From Chiloscyllium plagiosum (Eukaryota): a stretch of 64,000 nt of DNA. The stretch lies in NCBI RefSeq assembly GCF_004010195.1, contig NC_057718.1, positions 7,329,563-7,393,562 of the forward strand, given 5' to 3'. Shown here piece by piece: positions 25,788 through 38,631 of the stretch. Every line of letters starts with the position of its first letter. Position 1 is the stretch's first letter. The translations under genes were made by a program, and so were the position numbers. The notes beneath the pieces are model-generated. The model made no database searches. It was given only the letters and a program-made list of their open reading frames with translations, and was not told the DNA's origin.

Positions 25788-26800
25788 TGGTGTGATGAGG
25801 GCTTAGGGGTTAAGGCAATAGACTGGCAATTGGTTATGGTCTGTACATCTGGGTTTGAATGCCATTCTCATTACTTTCCCAATGACTTTGCCCACAATTA
25901 AGGATAGTTTTGTCCCTTTAGCGCAGCAGAAATGGACAGATATTTGCAAGCACTTTCTGTTTATTCATTTCCAAAATGTGGGCATCACTGACTGGCCAGC
26001 ATTTATTGCCTGTCTCTAGTTACCCCGGAGCAGGTAGTGGTGAGTTGCCTTCTTGAACCGTTGCAGTCCATGTGCTGTAGGGAGGGAGTTCCAGGATTTT
26101 GACCCAGCGACACTGAAGGAACAGTGAACGGTGATAGAATTTCCAGGGAGAGTGGCTGGAAGGGGAAATTGCAAGTGGTGGTATTCCCGTGTATCTGCGG
26201 TCCTTGCACTGAGTGGTTAGGATCTGAAATGAACTGCCTGAAAGCTTGAGATTTCAAATAAACGTGTTGGGCTATGACCTGGTGTTGCGTGACTTCTGTC
26301 CAACTGAGATATTCGAGTGGGTATTAGATGAATGGATATAAACAGTATGCAGGGAGATGTGGAGAGGGAAGAAACTGGCATGAAGTAATGATGCTCGTGT
26401 GAAGGGTTAATGCAGACATGATGGGCTGAATGGTCTCGTGCTGTGCCCTATCAGTCCTGTAATTCTGTGAACTTTCTTTCAACCTCTACATAACCGTCCA
26501 GCTCACTCCTCAGAACCCTTTTACCTCATCTCCCTCATTGTTGTCAATTGTCAGAAATCTATCAATCTCAGATTTAAATTTAGCAATCGATCCTGTGTCA
26601 GTTGCTGTTTGTGGAAGAGAGTTCCAAAATCATTTGCGCATCAAAGAGTTTCCTAATTTCACTCTTGAAAGGCCTGACTCTAAATCCGAGGCTCGGCCAC
26701 TCATACCAAAGTCAAACAGTTGAGCAAGCTTCTCAAAACCATTTGTGCCATTTATTTGGCTGATCTGTAACTTAACTTCAGTTATCCGTCTTTGATCTGT

Positions 26801-27114
26801 TATTAGATTAGATTACTTACAGTGTGGAAACAGGCCCTTGGGCCCAACAAGTCCACATCGCCCCGCCGAAGCGCAACCCACCCATACCCCTACCTTTACC
26901 CCTTACCTAACACTAGGGGCAATTTAGCATGGCCAATTCACCTAACCTGCACATCTTTGGACTGTGGGAGGAAACCGGAGCACCCGGAGGAAACCCACGC
27001 AGACACGGGGAGAATGTGCAAACTCCACACAGTCAGTCGCCTGAGGTGGGAAATGAACCCGGGTCTCTGGCGCTGTGAGGCAGCAGTGCTAACCACTGTG
27101 CCACCGTGCCGCCC
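26801..27114 (-). mobile_element. HE1 SINE (young subfamily)
   Basis: Intact boxes, V-domain and (ttaga)n tail. Confidence 0.9.
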
Positions 27115-27379
27115 ACTACATCTGTATCCCTTTACATCCTTACTTCTTTAAGAGCTTCTAATCTGTCAGTCCTGAAAGATTTGATTGTTCCTTCGTTACA
27201 GGTTTTTTGGACAGAGGCAGTTTCTGTTTTCTGCCACCCCTTGTGTGAAAAATTCTTCTTGGTCTCACTCTCAATGGGGTTTTGCTAATTTTAAGATGAC
27301 ACACCAGTATCCTTGATCTTGCATTTTCAGTGATGAATGTACATTGGAGATGCTGCAGCTCATCTCCTTTGTAGTAAGG

Positions 27380-27594
27380 GTAAAGTTACCATTGTCTTAG
27401 CAGAGCGTAGCGCTGCTCTCTCATTAGAGAGAGATGACCAGTGGTAGTTTAACCAAGGGGTCACCACAGCTCAAGCGAGGGGAGAGATTGAGAAGTAGAG
27501 TCCTTCATTGTAACCTCAGCCAGTGCATGAATTGAACCGCTGCTGTTAGCATCATGCTGCATCACGCTGCATCACAAACCAGCCAACTGATCCC
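27380..27594 (-). mobile_element. Third tRNA-derived SINE family (possibly MetaSINE/MER131-like)
   Basis: Minus strand has B box GGTTCAATTC and the cccctcgcttgagctgtggtgacc core. A second, interrupted plus-strand copy lies at about 57169-58136. Confidence 0.55.
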
Positions 27595-27937
27595 TATCTC
27601 CTTACAGAGGGAATTTTGAGGTGATCACAATCAGAAGGGCTTAGGGCTAAATGGATGGGTACAGGATATTCCCATTGACAGAACGATTCAGAAAAAGGTG
27701 CAACCAATTGATCATCAAAAAAACATGAAAGATGCCCCAAAGAAAGTCTTTTTGAACAGTTTGTGGCATGCTCTATCCTTCCATTCTGCCAGCAATTTCC
27801 CAACCACTGACTGACCCATGACACAGAGTAAGCTCTGTAAACAGCCACAGTCAGAGGAGTGAAAATAACACCATGCTCCGGGTTACGTGTGCTGAAGCTC
27901 TGCTTTCACAATCCAGTTCCCATGCTGACTGGAAGTA

Positions 27938-28096
27938 CAGTGGAACCTCCAATATCTGGAATTCAATTATCCAAATTTTGGAATATCCAGCAAGATCTCA
28001 AGGTCCTGATGCTTGCCTCAACGGAGTTATCCAGCATTCGATTATCTAAACATAATAGTCCCTTCCCGTGTCGTTCGGATAATCAAAGTTCCTCTG
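27938..28096. mobile_element. Tc1/pogo-type MITE
   Basis: TA-CAGTGGAACCTCCAATATC...GATAATCAAAGTTCCTCTG-TA imperfect TIRs. A related copy lies at about 43892-44048. Confidence 0.75.
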
Positions 28097-28854
28097 TACT
28101 TCTAACAACAAAGGATTTGGATATTTTTGACTTGGTTTGACTTATTGTCATGTGCATTTTACAGTGCAAAATGCAAGAAAATATAATGAAAAGCTTCCTT
28201 TCATCACCATGATAGGGTATGGTGTTGATAGTTGGAGAGAAAAACATGAAAAGATATAGCTCAAAGAGAGGTCTCTCTATGTTTAAATTCTGTGTCAGTT
28301 CAGAACCACCACCATTTCGCCATTGTCTACCACTGGACCCCACTAACGTTGAAGTCTCTGATCCTCAGGCGCCATCTTTCACTGTTGGGCTGATTCTCCT
28401 CCCGCCACTGTCTCACTGCTGTCCACTGCTGGGCTCACCCAATGTCAGAGTCACATCTCTCACTGCTGGGCCTGCCTCACTCTGTCACCATGAATATCCT
28501 CCACTACCACCAACGTCTGACCCAACCAAAGATGAAGTCGCCAATGCTCAGGTGCCATCTTTCACTGCTGGGCCTACCCTGCGACGCCACCTCAGCCGAT
28601 GTAGGACCTGCTGATTCCAGGCTCCCAGGCTCAACCCGGAAAAATAAGAAAGGGCTCGCTCTCCCCAGTACTGGATAGAACATCCAAATATTGTCGACAT
28701 TTTCTCATCACCCTGCTCAGGGATCTTCTTGCACAGCTCTGAAGTGAGTGGGCCTTGAACCCAGGCCTGCCAGCTGGATTCTGTAAGCTTAATTGTAAAA
28801 ACTATCCTGACCATACGCAGAAACTCTGTAAAAAAAAAACACACCGATTGGACT

Positions 28855-29040
28855 GTAAATCAGAAACAAAAGCAGGCGCTGCTGGAAAAGCTCAGCAGGT
28901 CTGGCAGCATCTGTGAAGAGAAGTCAGAGTTAACGTCTTGGGTCTGGTTCTGAGGAAGGGTCACCGAAACGTTAACTCTGATTTCTCTTCACAGATGCTG
29001 CCAGACCTGCTGAACTTTCCCAGCAACTTCTGTTTTTGTA
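28855..29040. mobile_element. Fold-back PLE-end insertion (family D)
   Basis: gctggaaaagctcagcaggtctggcagcatctgtgaagagaa and its reverse complement flank GTT-CTGAGGA-AGGGTCACC-GAAACGTT-AAC. Confidence 0.8.
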
Positions 29041-29793
29041 GTTGCTGCAGAGAATCTGTGTTGGATTGTAATTTCCCTGAGCGAAATGGGTGTGAACGTG
29101 GTTGCTATGGTTGCAACCACAAACAAACACATGAAGTGTAAGGAAGATTGTGCAAAGTATGAGCATAGAGCTGACAATAGCATTCAACAAAACATTTCTC
29201 CTTCCCTTTATGAGCAAAACACTTTGGGTAGGAACAGCATCAAAACAAAGAGGCAGAGGCAAATTGCATACACCCCTTGAACCTGGTCTGGTATTTATTA
29301 AAATCAAGGTTAATCTAGTTAATCTGGTTCTGGCCTTAACTTCACTTCTCTGCCTGCCCCCTTTCATAATCTGCCTGCCTTGTGGATTGTGCTTCTTTTA
29401 TGTGCAGGAAACCTTAATAATAGCCTGCCTCACCTAGCCTGCAACAAGGTGTGGAGGTGCTGGTGTGGGACTGGGGTGGACAAGGTCAGAAGTCACATGA
29501 CACCAGGTTATAGGCCACCAGGTTTATTTGAAATCACAAGCTTTCGAAGCGCTGCTCTTTTGCTAGGTCACCTGATTTCTATGAGTTTAACTTGAGACAT
29601 GTTGTGCTTACGAATCCTTCACTTTAATGATACAAAATATTCTCTGCAAGTCAGATTTGGGCAGTGTGCAATTTGTTTCACAGTTTACAAAACTTTCCCA
29701 TGGTCTCATTGTCAGTATTGAAGACTTGGTGGTGAGGTTCCTTATTCTAGAAACAATTATTACAGAGCCAGTGGGTAAGACTTGGATACCATA

Positions 29794-29996
29794 GGTCAGA
29801 GTGGAGAGTGTGGTGCTGGAAAAGCACAGTACGTCAGGCAGCATCCGAGGGGCAGGAAAATCAACATTTCTGGCATAAGCCCTTCATCAGGAAATTGTCT
29901 GAAACGTCAATTCTCCTGCTACCCGGATGCTGCCTCACCTGCTGTGCTTTTCCAGCACCACACTCTCGACTCTGATCTGCAGCGCTCACTTTCCTC
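29794..29996. mobile_element. Fold-back PLE-end insertion (family A)
   Basis: Inverted arms; TACCATA repeated at 29787-29793 and 29997-30003. Confidence 0.8.
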
Positions 29997-30460
29997 TACC
30001 ATACATCAGAGCCATAATAGATGTAGGGTCACTGGACCTGGAATAATAATTCTGCTTTCTCTCTCTACAGATGCAGTCAGACCTGCTGAATTTCTCCCAA
30101 CAATTTCTGTTTTTGTTTCAGATTTCCAGCATCAGTAGATCTTTGTTTGAAATTGTTACACATCTTTCAGTCCCATTGTACCTCTGTTTCTCTTACCCTG
30201 ATTTATCTAGCTTAGTGTTTCATTGAAAGACATGCAAATCGAATACAATGATACACAGAACAAACTTCGGCTAGATTATATTAATACCTGACATTAAGTA
30301 CAGCTGAGTGAAATGGGCAGGAAGGTTAGCGTAGAAGTTTTGTTGAGGGAGGGAATTTCCCTTTCCTCATCACTATCCCAACAAATTTTATAAATCCACA
30401 ATCAAGGCAGCTTTGTCCAATTGCAGCAACACTCAGACAATCTGCCAGTGTTGTACTTAC

Positions 30461-30562
30461 CATTCCATGGTTAATCCACGGTGGTATAAAACTGTCCAGG
30501 ATTTTTGGATAAACCAGCTCTCGATCATATAGGTACAATGCCCAGAACATTGCCACCACCAT
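30461..30562 (-). CDS. AIG1: AIG1 coding exon (human exon 3 equivalent), 102 nt, phase 0/0
   Basis: ttcccttgcag|ATGGTGGTG...CATGGAATG|gtaagt translates as [34 protein letters not shown] (human [34 protein letters not shown]). In frame with both neighbouring exons. Confidence 0.96.
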
Positions 30563-30679
30563 CTGCAAGGGAACCAGGAGTCAGATGTTATTCCTGCCTA
30601 TGCTAGACACTGAATTCATTCCCAGTTGTTATTTAATGTGATTTCTACCTTCTGCAGTCAAATAAGATGAAATATTAAC

Positions 30680-31360
30680 ATTCTGGGGATCACTAATGAT
30701 CAGAAAATGAACTGGACTCACCATAGAAACATCATCGCTACAAGAGCAGGTAGAGGCTTGGAATCCTGCAGCGAGTAACTCACCTCCTGACTCCTCAAAG
30801 CCTGTCCACCATCTACAAGGCACAAGCCAGGCATGTGATGGAATATTCCCTACTTGCCTGGATGAGGGCAGCTCCAACAACACTCAGTCCAGGACAAAGT
30901 GGTTCACTTGATTGACATACCTTACACTAGCACAAAAACTCAGCCTCACCGCCTTTGACACACAGCGGTGTGTATCATCCAAAAGATGCAGAACTCACCC
31001 TGAGGTTACTTAGAGAGGACCTTTAAAATCTGTGACATCTACCATTTAGAAGGGAAAATACATGGGAACACCTGCAAATCTGTTCCCACTTCCTTCACAC
31101 AATAAGTCACTCACGTGATGAGTTCCCCCACCCCCTCACCATCCATCAAGTCACTCGTTACTATGAGTTGGAACTATATCACTGCCCCATCAGTGTTACT
31201 AGGTCAAATCCTGGAAGGTCTTCCATTACAGCAGAGTGGTTTACCTACACCATCTCAACCAACACATGAAGGAAGGAAGGAGCTCAGTACCATCTTCTAC
31301 AGGACAACTAGGAAAAGGCCAATAAATGCTGGCTGAGCCAGCGACAACTTTTCCCCTTGA
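30680..31360 (+). mobile_element. L2 LINE 3' fragment
   Basis: ccaccatctacaaggcacaagccaggcatgtgatggaatattccc (TIYKAQ...MEY) and an L2 tail. Similar fragments lie near 25960, 51860 and 57280. Confidence 0.72.
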
Positions 31361-32269
31361 AGAACAAAGTTTTAAACTTGCCACGGTATCACAAAATGCC
31401 TTCAGTGGGAAAGAACATTATAGAATCTGTCAAAAAGGAACAGAGGAGACTACGAGGGTGACCTAATTAACACAGAAGAATTGATGTAGGTAATTAGCAA
31501 AGTTGTTCTGTGCAAATTTTTCCTCTGCCAGGGAATTGAAAGGGAACAACGTATGAGTGAAAGGAAGAGGATTAGTTTCACTCAACAGCGTTGTGGACTG
31601 AGGGGCATTTTCAATTCTGCAGATGTTGGAAGATTTGGTGGCATATGTTGTGCTCATGTCCACTGCAACAAACTGAGATGTATTCAGTAGACTCACTGTT
31701 ACCAATCCTTCTTATTCATATTATTTCAATCATTTGGGGAAGGAAGCTCAAACACAATCTTCAACAGAAGAATGACATAGTCTCGATAATGAGGGTAGGT
31801 TTATTATTTGATGTTTGATAACCAGTTATTTAATAACCATGATAATCCTCATGTTAGACAAAAGAGAAAGAACACATTACAATTCAATTACACACATTAT
31901 CACGAAAGTTGCACCTGAGAAATCCTCCAGGAGCTCTCAAACCCATGGTTTAGCTCCAGCCAGTAACAGTCTATATCCTGAGGGTGAAGCTTATTACACA
32001 GTGAGTCAACCCTTTCAGATACAAAATACCTGACCAGTTAAAATCATCCCGAAACTGTTGTTCATTAGTCTCAGTGCCTGCTCAACCAAACCCGTTAAGT
32101 TTTTGCTTTGGATATCAGAATGTGGAGGTGTCTCTGAGCTCCAAAAATAATTCCAACTGCAGTTTGAGCAAGGAAGGAAGCTGCTGTGACCTACAATAAT
32201 ACCATAAGATACAGAAACAGGAAGTGAAAGGCTAGTCAGTCAGATTTCAGTAATTGGGAAACACAGAAA

Positions 32270-32730
32270 GCATTCCTAAGGTACAGTATTAATCTGCACT
32301 TGAACAGGCTGAGATTAATCAAGAACAGTCAGCCTGGTTTTGTTCAGGAGAGGTCATGCCTGACCATTTTGGTTGAATCTTTCAAGGACATGACCTGGTG
32401 TGTGGATGAGGGCAATGTTTGTGATGTAGTCTACTTGGACTTCAGCAACGGTTTTGTTATGGTCCTGAATGGGAGACTGGTAGCGAAGAAAAGACCATAT
32501 GGGATCCAAGAAGATTTGGCAATTTGATCCAGAATTGGCTGAGGAACAACAAGCAGAGGGTGATGGTCAAGGAGAGTTTTTGTTACAGGAATCATAAGTC
32601 CAGTCGGGTTCTGCAGGGATCAGGGGTCCTTCTGTTTGTGGGATATATAAATGGCTTAGGCTCAAATGTAGGATGGTTGATTAGTCAGTTCATGGATGAT
32701 TCGAAACTTGGTGGTAAATAGTGAGAGGGA
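32270..32730 (+). mobile_element. Old CR1 RT fragment that resumes at about 35592-36600 after a younger insertion
   Basis: SQPGFVQERSCLT, VYLDFS and FMDDSKLGG before the insertion; LYKTLARPQPEY after it. Confidence 0.82.
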
Positions 32731-35563
32731 TAGAACATAGAACATAGAACAATACAGCGCAGAACAGGCCCTTCGGCCCTCGATGTTGTGCCAACCTGTG
32801 AACTATTCTCAGCTCGTCCCCCAACACTATCCCATCATCATCCATGTGCTTATCTAAGGATTGTTTAAATCTCCCTAATGTGGCTGAGTTGACTACATTA
32901 GCAGGTAGTGCATTCCACGCCCTTACCGCTCTCTGCGTAAAGAACTTGCCTCTGACATCNNNNNNNNNNTATGTCTCTGTCAAATCCCCCCTTAGCCTTC
33001 TTCTTTCCAATGAGAACAAGCCCACGTCTCTCAGCCTTTCCTCATAAGACCTTTCCTCCAGACCAGGCAACATCCTGGTAAATCTCCTCTGCACCTTTTC
33101 CAATGCTTCCACATCCTTCCTGTAATGGGGCGACCAGAACTGTACACAATATTCCAAGTGTGGCCACGCCAGCGTTTTGTATTGTTGCAGCATGATATTG
33201 TGGTTCCAGAACTCAATCCCTCTACGAATAAAACCTAACACACCGTATACCTTCTTAACAGTACTATCACCCTGGGTGGCAACTTTCAGGGATCTATGTA
33301 CATGGACGCCAAGATCCCTCTGCACATCCACACTACCAAGAATCTTTCCATTGAGCCAGTACTCTGCCTTCCTGTTATTCTTCCCAAAGTGCATCACTTC
33401 ACATTTAGCTGCATTGAACTCCATTTGCCACCTCTCAGCCCAATTCTGCAGTTTATCCAAGTCCCCCTACAACCTGTAACATTCTTCCAAATTGTCCACT
33501 ACTCCACCGACTTTACTGTTGACTAATCCATCCACCTATGCCTGCGTCTAAGTCATTTATAAAAATGACAAACAGCAGTGGCCCCAAAACAGATCCTCGT
33601 GGCACACCACTAGTAGCTGACTCCAGACTGAATATTTTCCATCAACCACCACTCGCTGCCTTCATGCAGAAAGCCAGTTTCTATCCAAACTACTAAATCA
33701 CCCTCAATTCCATGCCTCTGCATTTTCTCCATCAGCCTACCATGTGGAACCTTATCAAAGGCTTTACCACAGTCCATGTATACCACGTCAACTGCCCTAC
33801 CCTATCTACATGCTTGGTCACCTTCTCAAAAAATTCAATGAGGTTTGTGAGACACGACCTGCCCTTGACGAAACCATGTTGACTATCTGAAATCAAATTG
33901 TTGCTTGCTCGATGATTATAAATCTTATCTCTTATAATCCTTTCCAAAACGTTTCTTACAACAGAAGTAAGGTTCATTGGTCTATAATTACCTGGGTCAT
34001 CTCTGCTGCCCTTCTTGAACAAGGGCACAACATTTGCAATCCTCCAGTACTCTGGTACTAAACCTGTAGACAATGATGACTCAAATATCAAAGCCAACGG
34101 CTCTGCTATCTCCTCCCTAGCTTCCCAGAGAATCCTCGGATAAATCCCATCTGGCCCAGGGGACTTGTCTACTTTCACTCCTTCTAGAATTGATAACACC
34201 TGTGTGTAACTAACCTCAATCCTTTCTAGTCTAATCTCTCGTACCTCTTTCTTCTCCTCCATAATATTCTCCTTTTCCTGAGTGAACACCAATGAGAAAT
34301 GTCCATTTTGCACCTCTCTGATCTCTACAGGGTCCACACTCAACTTCCCACTTCTGTCTTTGACTGGCCCTATTCCTACCGTAATCATCCTTTTATTCCT
34401 CACATACCTATAGAAAGCTTTAGTGTTCTCCTTTATTCTATTTGCTAAAGACTGCTTGTGTCCTCTCTTTGCTCTTCTTAACTCTCTCTTTAAATCCTTC
34501 CTAGCTGATCTGTAACTCTCCATCGCCTCATCTGTACCATCTTGCCTCATCAACACATAAGCCTCCTTCTTCTGTTTAACAAGAGATGCAATTTCTGTTG
34601 TAAACCACAGTTCCCTTACCTTACCACTTCCTCCCTGCCTGACAGGGACATACCTATCAAGGACATGCAATATCTGTTCCTTAAATTAGCTCCACATTTC
34701 CATTGTCTGCATCCCCTGCATTTTGCTACCCCATTCTATGCATCCTAATTCTTGCCTAAGTGCATTATAATTGCCCTTGCCCCATCGATAACTCTTGACC
34801 TGTGGCATGTCCCTATCCCTTTCTATCGCTAAACTAAACGTAACTGAATTATGGTCACTCTCTCCGAAGTGCTCACATACATCTAAATCAAACACCTGGC
34901 CTAGTTCATTACCAAGCACCAGGTCCATTGTGGCCTACCCTCTTGTCGGCCCTTCGACATACTGTGTCAGGAAATCCTCCTGTACATATTGGACAAAAAC
35001 TGATCTATCCGACATACTAGAGCTATAGTCAACGTTGGGGAAGTTAAGTCCTCCATTATGACCACCCTGTTCCTTTCACTCCTACTCAGAATAATTTTGC
35101 TAATCCTCTCTTCCACCTCACTGGAACTCTGCGGAGGCCTATAAATAATTCCAAGCAGTGTGACCTCTCCTCTCCTGTTTCTAACCTCAGCCCACACGAC
35201 CTCAGTAGACGAGTCCTCATCAAAAATTCTCTCAGCCACCGTTACGCTATTTTTGACTAACAAGGCCACGCCTCTCCCTCTTTTACCACCTTGCCTGTTT
35301 TTAATGAAAGATCGAAACCCTGGAACCTGCAACATCCATTCCGGACCCTGCTCTATCCATGTCTCCGAAATGGCCAGAACATCGACGTCCCAGGTACCTA
35401 TCCGTGCTGCAAGCTCACCTACCTTATTTCGGATACTTCTGGTGCTGAAATAGACACACTTCAAACCAGCTTGCTGTCTGCCAGCACATTCCTGTGACCC
35501 TGAAATCTTGTCCCTGTCCTTCCTACTCTCATCCTCTTGGGCACTGCAACTACACCTCTGGTT
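32731..35563 (-). mobile_element. Young CR1 (HER1-like) LINE, near-complete ORF2 (APE endonuclease plus RT), frameshifted
   Basis: MKCVYFSTRSIRNK...ISETW...YRPP (APE), KSPGPDGIYPRILWE, SQHGFVKGRSCLTNL and LEYCVQFWSPH; (TAGAACA)n tail; 10-N gap at 32960-32969. Confidence 0.95.
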
Positions 35564-36077
35564 CCCATCTATATATCCTCTGAAGTCTATAGATAGCCAT
35601 AGGCTTCAGAGGATATATAGATGGGCTGGGCAGATGGGCTGATCAATGGCAAATGGAATTCAATTGGATAAATGTGAAGTGATGCACTTGGGCAAGACAA
35701 ACAAGGCAAGGGAATACATGATGAACAGGTCGGACCCTGGGAAGCACTGAGGCTCCTTGATGTGCATGTCCACCAGTCCCTTAAGGAAGTGGGTCAGGCT
35801 GGTAAAGTGGTTAAGAAGGCATATGGTATATTTGCCTTTCTTAGCTGAGGCACAGAGTTGAGGAGCAGGGAGGTAGTGGTGGAACTGTATAAAACATTGG
35901 CTAGGCCACAGCCAGAGTATTTTGAGCACGTCTGGAATCCACTTTATAGGAAGGATGTGATAGCACTGGAGAGGGTCCAGAGGAGATTTACCAGCATGTT
36001 GCCTGGGCTGGAGAGTTTTAATTATGAAGAGAGAGATTGGACAGGCTGGAATTATTTTCCTTAGAGCACAGGACATA

Positions 36078-36385
36078 AGTTGATTAAATTGTATTGAATT
36101 TATTGTCTTTAGTGAAAAGCTGCGAGCAATACAGGCAGATCACAGAGTTAAGTAGCATAATAAGTACATAATAGGTAATCAGCGGTAAAAACAAAACCAC
36201 AGGTACAGGGGAATGTTAAGAGTTTGTGAGTCCATTCAGTATTCTAACAACAGTAGGGTAGAAACTGTTTTGAAACCGGCTGGTGCATGTGATCAGGTTT
36301 CTGTACCTTGTCCCCGATGGTAGAGGTTGTAGAAAAACATTGCCAGGGTGGGATGGATCTTTGAGAATGCTGGCGGCCTTTCCAG
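36078..36385 (-). mobile_element. Rex1/Babar-type LINE 3' fragment
   Basis: Homologous to the 3' part of the element at 47735-48730. Confidence 0.6.
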
Positions 36386-37794
36386 GGATGACATGATTGA
36401 GATGTATAAAATTATGAGGGGCATAGATAGCAAGAGACTTTTGCCCTTGATGGAGGGATCAGTGAGCAGGGGGCACAGATTAAAGAGGTTTAGAGTGAAT
36501 GTGATGAAAAATGTTTGTTCCCAGAGGTTGTGATAGGAATCTGGAGCTCACTGCTTGTAATGGTGGAAAAGGCAGAGGACCTCATAATGTATTCAAAATG
36601 TTCACTATGTTTCTGTCTCCACAGATGCTGCCAGACGTGCTGAGTTTCTCCAACCATTTCTGTTTAGTTTGTCTCCAGCATTCACAGTTCCTTGTGTTAT
36701 ATCAGATGTGAGACAAGGCTACAAGCAGGATGTATAGAGTTTGCAGTTAATGATTTGTATTAAGAGTTAATTAAGCAATTGAACAAACAAATGATGAACT
36801 GAAGTTCATTCAAAAAAGAGGCATTGCATGATGGATGAAAATAAAAAGTGTCTTACCCTGAATACAAAAGAAACAAAAACAGAGAAAGACTGACAGCCAA
36901 ACTGGAACATAATTTGATTAATTAGTTTCACTAACCAGTGTGGTCATCAAAAATTCCCAAAAGAAGTTGGATGGACTGGAGGAAATGAACTTGCAGGTCC
37001 CCAGGGATAGTACAGGGGAATGAGGATAGGCCAGAATGGACTGAATTGGCCAAGATATCTGTACTGCAATGACCTCATGATGAATATTAAACCACAGTCA
37101 GAACAATGAAGCATTTGAATTCCAGGTTTTTGCTGATAAGTCATAGTACATTAGTTAGACCACAATTGGAATTCTTCTGTACAATTTTATTGCAGTGTTT
37201 CGATAGCAAGCTAAATGTTAAATGGAGGGTAATGGGGCTTCTTCTGCTTGAAATGAGAAAGCTGGGGTGTAATGTGGTAGAGGTCTTCAATATTATATGA
37301 TGGTTTGATGAGGTAAATTATTTCTGCTCACAGGCAGGGGTGAAACTATAGGTCATAAACAAAAGGCAGCCAAGACAACACAGGAGAAATCTTGTCACCG
37401 GAGGGTGGTGAGAACATAGGGGTCAGCATGTAAACTAGTTGAGGTGAAAAGCTGGGACAGATTTAACTGGAATGGATGCCTGAAAGATAAAGGAGTGGAA
37501 GGATATTTTGATGGAATTGGAGAAGAAAATTAAGAGCCTTATATGGAGCAAAATATCAACATGAGCCTGTTGTGCCCAGTGGCTTTTTCTGCAGCGACGA
37601 TATTTTGTAATGTATCACAGAGGCTGTGAACAACAGCAGTGTATCACTGTACTTAAAAAGATAAGATTAAACAAAATTCAGATCCTACCCTAGGGAAAGG
37701 GATTGAATGCACATCTTGGTACATAACAACTGTATGCTCCTATATGATGCTTCCGGTTAAAAGGCTCTGCATACTAGGCCTCTTTGAAATTCAG

Positions 37795-38295
37795 GCCTCG
37801 CAGAGCGCTTCCGGGGACATATCCAGGACACTCACACCAATCAACCCCACCGCCCTGTGGCCCAACATTTCAACTCTCCCTCCCCACTCTGCTGAGGACA
37901 TGCAGGTCCTGGGCCTCCTTCACCACAGCTCCCTCACCACCCGACGCCTAGAGTAAGAACACTTCATCTTCCGCCTCGGAACACTTCAACCCCATGGCAT
38001 CAATGTAGACATCACCAGTTTCTTCATTTCCCCTCCTCTCACCTTACCCCAGTTCCAACCTTACAGCTCAGCACCGCCCCCATGACCTGTCCTACCTGCC
38101 AATCTCCCTTCCCATCCATCTGCTCCACTCTCCTTTCTGACCTATCACCTCTATCCCCACCCCCATTCACCCATTGTACTCTTTGCTATATTCCCCCACC
38201 CTCCTCTCTGACCTATCACCTCCATCCCCACCACCATTTCTGCTCCTCGGATGCTGCCTGACCTGCTGTGCTTTTCCAGCACCACTCTGATCTCT
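37795..38295 (+). mobile_element. 5'-truncated PLE (family A), hammerhead deleted
   Basis: ERFRGH, DMQVLGLLHHSSLTTRRLE and IFRLGTLQPHGINVD (GIY-YIG C-terminal region). TSD CCTCT(T/C)TGAAATTCAG at 37779-37794 and 38296-38311. Confidence 0.85.
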
Positions 38296-38475
38296 CCTCT
38301 CTGAAATTCAGACAATGTTGAGGTGGACAACTTACGTCTTTTTCAAATTTCACCCTGTTTCACCACCCGCTCCTCAGCTTTCCAATACACATTCCTATTG
38401 AGTGAAGCTCTGTGCACTGAACCAAGAAGGCTGAGAAAGGCACAAAAGGGCTTAACGAGGAACATGCCCACTTAC

Positions 38476-38631
38476 CACACCCACAGGGAATGCCAGCACA
38501 GCCAGTAGCCAATCTCGAAGAAAGATGAGTTTCCTGAGCTGTCTCTGCTGCTCTCGGTCGTCAGTGCCTTGAGTAAGGAGACTCGAGAGGTCTGTCAGGA
38601 CACAGATTCCAAAGAACACCGTCTGTATTAC
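38476..38631 (-). CDS. AIG1: AIG1 coding exon (human exon 2 equivalent), 156 nt, phase 0/0
   Basis: Minus strand reads tcatttgctcaacag|GTAATACAG...GTGGGTGTG|gtaagt and translates as [52 protein letters not shown]. This closely matches recalled human AIG1 [22 protein letters not shown]...[15 protein letters not shown]. Confidence 0.96.
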
